Of a stretch of 64,000 nt of DNA, positions 57,235 through 64,000 are shown one piece after another. Positions within the stretch are counted from its first letter, which is position 1, and the number at the start of each line of letters is the position of its first letter. The DNA is from a virus. Lineage: Duplodnaviria > Caudoviricetes. Under the pieces are notes generated by a model. The model searched no databases. It was not told the DNA's origin and saw only the letters and a list, made by a program, of their open reading frames with translations. Location: the IMG/VR virus record IMGVR_UViG_2786546892_000017, one strand, 5' to 3'. The position numbers were made by a program, and so were the translations under genes.

Positions 57235-57348
57235 CTACCGGAACCATGCCCCCTCCGAATTAAGTGCCCACCGGAGGAACAGAAGCATGCCAACACAGCC
57301 GACGACGGCGCCGCTAAGACTTGCCCCGATCAGATACACCCAATCCAT
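57235..57348 (-). CDS. 37-aa hydrophobic single-TM peptide (not in ORF track)
   Basis: MDWVYLIGASLSGAVVGCVGMLLFLRWALNSEGAWFR; AAGGAG RBS. Confidence 0.65.
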   Translation of the reverse strand: MDWVYLIGASLSGAVVGCVGMLLFLRWALNSEGAWFR

Positions 57349-57515
57349 GATTCTCCTTCACATAAATAAGGTCTGTTCAGGCCGGCGTTCGGCTTACGGT
57401 GCAGAACAGCATACACCTAGGACTTCCGCCCCTTCGGACGGGACGGGCGGCGGTGGGAAAACCGGAAACACCTGCCGGCTCACCTTAATGAGAACCCGGC
57501 AGGTGTTGTTTCGCG

Positions 57516-57788
57516 TCAGTCTGATCCGTCGCCCCTAGCGTAAAAATACTGCACGCCCCGCACATTCACCCGCGGGATACAAAGCGTACACCGCAGGTTG
57601 TCGGTGGTCAGGCTCCGGTCCAGGGCGATCGTGATCGCTTCGGCCGTGTCGCGGACCACGAATCCGCACGATTCCATTTCGCTCATGCCGGCCGCCTCAT
57701 CGGGGGTCGCGGGCCAGCCGGTCGTGATCTTGGAGTCGAACCAGCGGACGAAGGCGATCTGCTTGGGGGCGGGCGGTTCTTCGTTCAC
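57516..57788 (-). CDS. Phage Sm-like small protein (WxDS..W..SCGFV motif)
   Basis: VRWFDS..SCGFVV..IPRVNV; GTGA coupling. Confidence 0.65.
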   Translation of the reverse strand: MNEEPPAPKQIAFVRWFDSKITTGWPATPDEAAGMSEMESCGFVVRDTAEAITIALDRSLTTDNLRCTLCIPRVNVRGVQYFYARGDGSD

Positions 57789-58030
57789 TGGAACCAACCC
57801 CCTCCTATCGGAAACCACAGGTCCACCACCTTCGTCACCATCTCCCCCGCCACCCCACTCCGCACTACCTCCGTCCCCGCGCCCCGCTTGCACGTCAGGA
57901 CGATCTCGCCATACGCCCCGGCCACCGATTCCACCTTGGCGAACTGGCCGTCGATGCGAACGATGTCCCCGACGACGATCGTTTCGAGTAGGACGCGGGC
58001 GGTGGTGTGGGAGGAGTCGGAAGGGGTCAT
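57785..58030 (-). CDS. Hypothetical protein, probably leaderless
   Basis: ATG 6 nt after TATGAT of motif-1 promoter 58037-58062. Confidence 0.6.
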   Translation of the reverse strand: MTPSDSSHTTARVLLETIVVGDIVRIDGQFAKVESVAGAYGEIVLTCKRGAGTEVVRSGVAGEMVTKVVDLWFPIGGGWFQ

Positions 58031-58061
58031 GGGAGGATCATAGCGGGGTGCGTTGCCTGAG

Positions 58062-58559
58062 TCAGAACTGGCCAGATGCCGCCGCGATCAAGCCGAGTGT
58101 CAGGAGGTGAAACGTGTTGTCCACAACGATGACGGACCACGGCGACATTCCAACGGGCGGAAGCGATGCGAATACCGTTTGCCCGCTGACGTTCCGCATC
58201 CACCTACCCGCGAGACGGAAACGATCGATAGGCCAGTGAACCGCGAAACACACCAGTAAACCCCACCACGGCATCCACCAGAGGGAGCAGGCGAACACGG
58301 CCAGCGTGTACAGGCAGCAGTGAACGGTGCAGGCGAGGTGCCCACGAAGGCTGGTCGCCCGCTGTCCTGAGTAGGCATCCATTGCTGCGTTTCGGTCTAG
58401 CAATTTTCGTGAATAAGCGGGCAAATCGAACGGGTCCGCATCGACAGCCCAAGTGGGCTTGCGAGGACAGAGCGGGTTCGTCTTGTTCCCCGCCATCCAG
58501 TCATTCTGAAAAATGTAATCACCGAGCATATGCCCAACGATCAACCAGAACCCGACCAT
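58062..58559 (-). CDS. DUF3307-family membrane protein
   Basis: GHMLGDYIFQNDWMA..K, H..Y, HWPID, DNTFH; motif-1 promoter 58599-58624. Confidence 0.85.
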   Translation of the reverse strand: MVGFWLIVGHMLGDYIFQNDWMAGNKTNPLCPRKPTWAVDADPFDLPAYSRKLLDRNAAMDAYSGQRATSLRGHLACTVHCCLYTLAVFACSLWWMPWWGLLVCFAVHWPIDRFRLAGRWMRNVSGQTVFASLPPVGMSPWSVIVVDNTFHLLTLGLIAAASGQF

Positions 58560-58601
58560 GAAATGCCCTCGCGTCAGTGATTCTCACGACCCGAGAGCAT
58601 C

Positions 58602-58820
58602 CTACCGCCCCGCGTTGCCTGACTCACAACCCGGCTCAACATCCCGTCGATACAGGTGATCTATCAGCGAATCCGCCGCTTCATCCGCGGATTCTTCGGT
58701 GGGCGACAGACCCCACCCTACCACCGTGTCCGCCTGCCTACGGCCAAAAACGGCCCAATAGTACAGGCTCGACGGGTCGCAGTCGTCCATCCGGAAGACA
58801 CGCTTGGAATACGCAGCCAC
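58602..58820 (-). CDS. Hypothetical protein
   Basis: Downstream of motif-1 promoter 58845-58870. Confidence 0.45.
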   Translation of the reverse strand: MAAYSKRVFRMDDCDPSSLYYWAVFGRRQADTVVGWGLSPTEESADEAADSLIDHLYRRDVEPGCESGNAGR

Positions 58821-58871
58821 AGCACACCCCTTCAGGATGCGACCATCCTAACACGAAGCGTTGCCTGACTC

Positions 58872-59066
58872 CTACTTCCCATCCTTCCGCCCCACTCGCC
58901 CGGGCTTCGCCACAGGCTCCGGAGCATCCGCAGGGACAGGTGGAACGACAGCGGGCTGGGTATAGATCGTCTTGGCATCTTCTGATGCGACGGCCTTGGA
59001 TTGATTGGCCTTGTCGATCAACGTGGCAAGGTGAGCGAACGCGAATAACGCCGGCATCGGGGGCAT
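58872..59066 (-). CDS. Hypothetical protein
   Basis: GGAG RBS. Confidence 0.5.
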   Translation of the reverse strand: MPPMPALFAFAHLATLIDKANQSKAVASEDAKTIYTQPAVVPPVPADAPEPVAKPGRVGRKDGK

Positions 59067-59160
59067 CGTCGTTTCTCCATCGGGTAAAAGAAAAACCGCC
59101 GCCCACGGCTGGGGGACCGTAGACGGCGGCCGGGGGATGGATCTCGACCAAAAGGCCGCG

Positions 59161-59916
59161 TTAGCTCGCAGAGCCCTTCTCGATCGCGTAATTGATGACG
59201 ATGGCACCGGTCTCGGCCGTGGACGTCGCCGCGTTGTACACCGTGATCTTGAAGCTACCTGCGGCAACCCCGCTGACGTAGGCGACGGAGTTCCCGGAGT
59301 TCGACCCGCTGGCGATGCTCAGGTTGACCGTGTCAGCCGCCCCCATCGTCGAGTTCGTCACGGTGAATTGCGCGTATGCCGCGGCCGCCAGGCTCGTCGC
59401 GTTCGTCGTGATCTGGCCCGTGACGGTGTTCAGCGTCACGCCGGTCGTCCGACTGGTCGCCTGGGTAACGGTCCCACCAGATCCGGTCGTGTAGCCAACC
59501 CCGGCAGTCGGCGAACTGGATAACAGGGCCCCGGACGAGATCAGGCCGGTTGTAGCGGGGGTACTGACCGGCAAGTCCGAGGTGCCCACGAACGCGCCGG
59601 ACGCACCTGCCAGAACCACGGACCCCGACCCGAGGGCGGACAGGTTTACTTGAATCTGGGTGGCCAGCGGTGCCTTGACCAGCCACGACTTCGGGGACGT
59701 CGACCCAACCGAAATGTTGCCGGTGACGACGTTCCCGGTCGACTGATCGACCACGCCGATCGGCAGATAATTCGTCCCGTCAAGGGATTGGTAAAACGAA
59801 AGGGTGGCCCCGGTGAAGGTGCCACTCGCCTGAACGACGGCAGTGGTATCGGTCGCCTGCTTGGTGAACGTCACCGTGTCGGTGGTCGACAGTGTCTGGG
59901 CAGCAAACGCGGACAT
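59161..59916 (-). CDS. Head decoration/fibre protein
   Basis: GVGYTTGSGGTVTQATSRTTGVTLN motif; follows capsid genes. Confidence 0.7.
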   Translation of the reverse strand: MSAFAAQTLSTTDTVTFTKQATDTTAVVQASGTFTGATLSFYQSLDGTNYLPIGVVDQSTGNVVTGNISVGSTSPKSWLVKAPLATQIQVNLSALGSGSVVLAGASGAFVGTSDLPVSTPATTGLISSGALLSSSPTAGVGYTTGSGGTVTQATSRTTGVTLNTVTGQITTNATSLAAAAYAQFTVTNSTMGAADTVNLSIASGSNSGNSVAYVSGVAAGSFKITVYNAATSTAETGAIVINYAIEKGSAS

Positions 59917-59946
59917 GCGGGGGATCTCCTGCGCGGTGGCGTCGGG

Positions 59947-60378
59947 TTAGTTGATGGCCGGCGGCTGGGCCGTCCCGTTCTGGAAGCCGAAGTTCTGGTC
60001 GATCTTCTGCTCAGCCAGCATGACGACCGAGATGAGGCAGCTCGTCCCCACGAGGGTGGCGACGGCTCGGACGTAGTTGTAAGTGCCGGTCGTGTTCTGG
60101 AAGGGCACGATCTGCACGGAATTGGCAGCCGTGATCGCCGTTCCGACCGCGTTGGTGATGTCCGTCCACCCGGTCGACCCATCCGCGGACTGTTGGACCT
60201 TGACGGTGACGCTGGTGAAGGTGTTCACCGCGCCGACGGACACGAGCATGTTCCCCACGTTGGGACCGACGCTCGCCATGTTAACGGCGGTGCCGTTGGT
60301 GTTCCCGCTGATCGACTGCGGGACGATGGTCTGGGCCTGGTACGCAACCAGACTTAAGTCGTTAAACTGCGTGGACAC
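59947..60378 (-). CDS. Capsid accessory protein
   Basis: VKVQQSADGSTGWTDI..YVRAV; directly after MCP. Confidence 0.7.
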   Translation of the reverse strand: MSTQFNDLSLVAYQAQTIVPQSISGNTNGTAVNMASVGPNVGNMLVSVGAVNTFTSVTVKVQQSADGSTGWTDITNAVGTAITAANSVQIVPFQNTTGTYNYVRAVATLVGTSCLISVVMLAEQKIDQNFGFQNGTAQPPAIN

Positions 60379-60446
60379 TGAGGTATCTCCGGAAGGCGTG
60401 CGGGTATAAGAGGGGGCGGCGCGGTCGCCCCCGGAGGTGTCATTGC

Positions 60447-61910
60447 TTAGATCAGGCCTTGGCTACCGATGACGTTGGTCAGCCAGAGAAAAGCTTCGGG
60501 GTACTCGAACCCGACGTCTCCGTACATCGTTCCTTTGACGATGTACTGACCGTTCAAAAACGTGAACCCGTCGTGGCCTTGGGTGAACATCAGGGCGCCG
60601 TAGGTCGCCATGATGGCGTGGTTCCACATCCCGTAGAAGGCGTCGGAGAGGTTCGTGCCAGACCCCTTGGTCCGCGCCCCGTTGATGTTCGTGGACTGGA
60701 CTACCCGCCGACCCCGCCACTGCTGGGGGCCGCCGTCCGAGAACCGGCGGAGCAGGTCGACCAGCGGCCCGGCGCCGTCCCCGGCGGTCACAGCGTCGGC
60801 CCGGACGCCGAAGGCGGAGGCGAGGGCCGTGGGCCGCATGATCCACGTACCCTTGGTCGCGTCGAGGTTGAACGACCGCTCCTCGATCAGAACGGGGAGC
60901 AAGTCGCCATACTGCGGTAGAAGGGTGTTCCCGTTCGCCCCGATCCCCTTGCCGCTCGGGTAAGCGGTCTCGACGTTGATTACGGCCGCCGCATATTCGG
61001 CCGATGTCAGACCGGCAGGGATACTCGTCCCCCCGGTCCCGTAAAACGCGAATGCGTCGGCCTTCAGCCCGAGGGTGATGCCTAAATCGTTTTGGGCGAT
61101 CGTGTCGATGGTCCCCGAGGTGTAGTTGGTCGCTTCCTCCGAGATGTACATCGCCCCGCTAATCTTCTTCGCCGTCAAGGTCATCTGGCCGGTCCCGACC
61201 GTCGTGGCCGGGGTGGTCACGCCTTCGCCGAGTGCCGAGGCGACGGTCGGCCGGGTCAGACGGGGGCGCACGTACCGCCCTGACGGGGGAAGAGTCATCG
61301 ACTGGGCACCCGCAGCAAGGAAGGCCGCTTGCGGGCGGATCAAGGGAATCACTTCCCCTTGGACCGGCGGGGCCACCAACGACCCGCCGAGATTATCAAT
61401 GAACGCCGATTGGCCGGTCGCTTGGGTCGCGGACTTCCGGATGATGCCGCGGCGGGCCAGCCATTCGGCTTCTTCCGGGTCGTAGCTGCCGCCGGTGCGA
61501 ACGGCCGCGTCCTGTAAGACGGCCTTGGCGAACTTGCCGTCGTCGGTTTCCGCGACGTGGTCAAACCCGTCCCACCGGAGAGGGAGCCACTTCGCCCCGG
61601 CCGGGGCGCCGACCAGCCCTTGCCCGGTGGCGTGGAGGGCCTTGGAGAAACGGTCGATGGTGTCCATCTCGAACTTGGCGGCGGAAACGTCGTTCCGCGC
61701 GAGTCCGTTGATGGCGAAGGACGTCATCGAGAACCGCTTGGAGTCCGGGTTATTGGTCCCTGAGTGCCCCTTGGTGAACCGGGCGTTACCCGGACCGGCG
61801 CCGGGGGCCGGGCGGTCCTCCATCTCGCGGAGTTTCCTCTCGGCGGACTCCGCCTTTTCTTCAGCTTTCTTGACGCGGCTGATCAGTTCCGCCGCAGTGT
61901 ACTCGGCCAT
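60447..61910 (-). CDS. Major capsid protein (HK97 fold)
   Basis: GGSLVAP, LTAKKI..ISEE, FYGTG..PAGL, PEAF. Confidence 0.92.
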   Translation of the reverse strand: MAEYTAAELISRVKKAEEKAESAERKLREMEDRPAPGAGPGNARFTKGHSGTNNPDSKRFSMTSFAINGLARNDVSAAKFEMDTIDRFSKALHATGQGLVGAPAGAKWLPLRWDGFDHVAETDDGKFAKAVLQDAAVRTGGSYDPEEAEWLARRGIIRKSATQATGQSAFIDNLGGSLVAPPVQGEVIPLIRPQAAFLAAGAQSMTLPPSGRYVRPRLTRPTVASALGEGVTTPATTVGTGQMTLTAKKISGAMYISEEATNYTSGTIDTIAQNDLGITLGLKADAFAFYGTGGTSIPAGLTSAEYAAAVINVETAYPSGKGIGANGNTLLPQYGDLLPVLIEERSFNLDATKGTWIMRPTALASAFGVRADAVTAGDGAGPLVDLLRRFSDGGPQQWRGRRVVQSTNINGARTKGSGTNLSDAFYGMWNHAIMATYGALMFTQGHDGFTFLNGQYIVKGTMYGDVGFEYPEAFLWLTNVIGSQGLI

Positions 61911-61954
61911 TGTCTAAGACCTCGGAGTGAGAGTGTGCCTGGTGCGGCGGATGG

Positions 61955-63262
61955 TTATTTGGTGCGGGATTCGATCTTGCGAGTCTTGCGGTCGACCCGC
62001 TTGAGACCGGCGTTAAGTTCGCGGAGTTCGGCCGGAGTGAGTTCCAGACCCTTACTGACGGTCGCGGCCGGCTTGCGAAGGTCCGACACCTTGAACCGGG
62101 TCGGAAACCCCTTCCTGAACGCCTTGGACATCACGGCGCCGTCGTCCGTCATGGGCATCGTGTCGTCGGGCTCTCCGGTGTCGTTGTCCGGGGCTCCGAA
62201 CCCGCCATCGGGCCACACCTTCTGGGCGTCCACCTTGGCTTCTTTCGCCAACTCCTCGATCTGGTCTGCGACACCAGAGAGAAGTTCCAACCCTTCCTTG
62301 TCTTCCAGGTCCGGGCCGGCGACCGCGTCCTTGATCTGCTTGGCCGTGTCCATCAGTTGTTGGATCAGAGACATGACGGCCATGCCGGTCTTCTTCAGGC
62401 CCGGAGCGGCCTCTGCGTCCGGTTCCGTACTCGTCTCGTCGGGTTCGCCGGTATCCGCCGTGACATCGTCCGGGGTGTCTTCCGGGTCGGGCGCCGGATC
62501 GTTGTAATCGGCCATTGCTTTCCTCACGGGAACAGGGGTTTTGAGGTCGACCCCCGGAACCATCGCCCGGCGGGTAAATTGATCCAAATAAGGCTGGAGC
62601 GACTTCCGAATCAGCGGGCGAAGCGGCTCGCCGTTCAATCGCCCGGTGCCCGCGATCTGGAACGCCTTCTCGACTAACTCGGGGGCCAACACTTGCGCCC
62701 CGGGGTTGATCGGGTGCCGGCAGTGCGCCCATCCGTCGCCTTCCCACTCGTGGATCGCGTAGGCCGGGCCGCCCCGAATCAAGGACCGCCCGCGGACTTC
62801 ACTGTTGAGCGAGTGGGCTTCCAGGCTCACACCAGTCAAAATCCCGTGCTCAACCAATGCGAACGCCTGCGGGGCCACCTGGAGGCTTTCGTTGGGGTCG
62901 TACCGGCCGACCCGCCGGCCCTTCCCGTCGACGATCGCCATGTCCACGCCGTTCAGATCGCTCACCCGTTGGGCAAAGTGGGACAGGCCGATCGGGAGTT
63001 CCCATTCCTTGCCGTCGATCATTGCCATCCGGGTCGTCGGGACACCGTGGCCGATCGGAATGCCGTGCTCGTGGTTCACGCACGGCGTGTCAGCCCACCC
63101 GCGGCACCCGTCGGGGGCCACCAAGTCGCCCTCAAGGTCGACTGTGGGGTACGTCAGGACACTTGTGACCGTCATCCGCGACGGGTCGATCGCAGTCAGT
63201 TCCGGCAGAGCCTTCGTGAAGCGGTCGAAGGTCGCGCGGATCGCCTTGCGGGTGGCAACCAT
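61955..63262 (-). CDS. Prohead protease with scaffold-like C-terminus
   Basis: VDLEGDLV..NHEH..PIG..GVSL..PINPGA; upstream of MCP. Confidence 0.75.
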   Translation of the reverse strand: MVATRKAIRATFDRFTKALPELTAIDPSRMTVTSVLTYPTVDLEGDLVAPDGCRGWADTPCVNHEHGIPIGHGVPTTRMAMIDGKEWELPIGLSHFAQRVSDLNGVDMAIVDGKGRRVGRYDPNESLQVAPQAFALVEHGILTGVSLEAHSLNSEVRGRSLIRGGPAYAIHEWEGDGWAHCRHPINPGAQVLAPELVEKAFQIAGTGRLNGEPLRPLIRKSLQPYLDQFTRRAMVPGVDLKTPVPVRKAMADYNDPAPDPEDTPDDVTADTGEPDETSTEPDAEAAPGLKKTGMAVMSLIQQLMDTAKQIKDAVAGPDLEDKEGLELLSGVADQIEELAKEAKVDAQKVWPDGGFGAPDNDTGEPDDTMPMTDDGAVMSKAFRKGFPTRFKVSDLRKPAATVSKGLELTPAELRELNAGLKRVDRKTRKIESRTK

Positions 63263-63266
63263 CGAG

Positions 63267-63611
63267 TTACCCTCCCGCCGGCCAAGGCCGCATTGCGTCA
63301 TTCGTGTACGACGACTGGCACCCCAGGCACCGGCACTGCCCGCCACCGCAGTCCATGCACTTGTCGCCACACCCGGGGCACTCGTAGGCCCCGCCCAGAA
63401 CCAAGTCCGGGGGCACTTCGGTCGTCCCGGGCGGCAGGGCGTGAGCGTGGTCGGCGATCGTCTGGAGATGCCCCGACTGAGCGATCCCGGCCAAGTGTTC
63501 GGTCGCCTCGTCCGGATCGGCACCGGGCGCAAAGAGCACGTCGAACACGTGGGCGAGCACGCGGCCTTCCGCGGGCGTTAGCGACTCGGCAGTGGGGGCG
63601 TCGATGGACAT
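63267..63611 (-). CDS. Cys-rich hypothetical protein
   Basis: ATG 7 nt after motif-2 promoter 63618-63642. Confidence 0.6.
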   Translation of the reverse strand: MSIDAPTAESLTPAEGRVLAHVFDVLFAPGADPDEATEHLAGIAQSGHLQTIADHAHALPPGTTEVPPDLVLGGAYECPGCGDKCMDCGGGQCRCLGCQSSYTNDAMRPWPAGG

Positions 63612-63674
63612 GCCCCGGAAGGTGGGGCGGGGGTGGGAACTATAAACGGGGTGAGATTGGTACGGGAAATAACG

Positions 63675-63705
63675 CGCCCGGGTGTCTACCGTAGACACCC
63701 GGGCG
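63675..63705. repeat. Perfect 15-bp-arm palindrome
   Basis: CGCCCGGGTGTCTAC-C-GTAGACACCCGGGCG. Confidence 0.85.
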
Positions 63706-63741
63706 GTCGGGGAAAAGGTGGGGGATGTGATGGGTGAGGAA

Positions 63742-64000
63742 CTACTCGGCGGATCTTTCTACGGCCTGCGACCACTCGCGGAACGTCGGGGTGCGGACGA
63801 GACGGACACGGCGCCCTTCGATCAGAGTCGCCATTTCGTTGAAGCGATCCATTTGCGCAGTCGCACTGCGGAACGCTTCGGCGAGACGGTCGGCGGCATG
63901 AGTCGCACGCCTAACGGGGTATTCCCGCCCGTCACCGTACCACATAGCGGTCGGCCGCGGCTCCATCTCGAACACGATGCCGGGGAAAGCGTCGCGCAAG
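63742..64000 (-). CDS. 3' part of a hypothetical protein (truncated by window)
   Basis: Open frame to the edge; stop overlaps a partial motif-2. Confidence 0.5.
   Translation of the reverse strand, partial: LRDAFPGIVFEMEPRPTAMWYGDGREYPVRRATHAADRLAEAFRSATAQMDRFNEMATLIEGRRVRLVRTPTFREWSQAVERSAE

Larger units (their letters stand above)
13165..64000. mobile_element. Prophage (siphovirus-like, HK97-fold capsid), extends beyond window
   Basis: Integrase, antirepressor, tape measure, tail, head-tail, capsid and protease genes; no sheath gene seen. Confidence 0.93.

Noticed and set aside
31236-58870. Motif-1 as integron attC sites or CRISPR repeats
   Set aside because: No GTTRRRY/RYYYAAC pairing, irregular spacing, both orientations, a fixed link to a -10 hexamer, and no cas genes
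31306-63642. GGAACT of motif-2 as a plus-strand ECF -35 element
   Set aside because: No conserved -10 downstream on the plus strand; the conserved partner and start codons lie on the other side

Overview
The window has two mobile elements on either side of an intact-looking minus-strand tRNA-Ser(TGA) at 13077-13164. The host is probably a Planctomycete (Gemmataceae-like), inferred from TIGR02996-type genes. LEFT (1-~13070) is a very GC-rich integrative island. It has a tyrosine integrase coupled to a large serine recombinase, a DEDDh exonuclease, an XRE regulator, a MoxR AAA+/VWA pair and a beta-clamp-like gene, several of them frameshifted or with a nonsense codon. RIGHT (13199->64000) is a long-tailed prophage with an HK97-type capsid that continues past the window edge; terminase, portal and replication genes are not seen. 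Main observations: (1) Two interleaved, highly conserved promoter-like motif families, ACTCAGGCAACG-N8-TAnnnT (13 copies) and TAGTTCCC-N10-CACnTTC (11 copies). One of the first type sits in front of a phage sigma factor. (2) Two inverted cassettes that share a covarying structured leader RNA and a 3' tail but carry different 3-TM membrane proteins, bracketing an antirepressor/repressor region. (3) A papain-like protease where an endolysin would be expected. (4) A HAD-multiubiquitin fusion. (5) A multidomain glycosyltransferase next to a mucin-like Cys/Thr-rich virion protein. (6) Duplicated tail-assembly chaperones. All family assignments are by eye from motifs; no searches were run.
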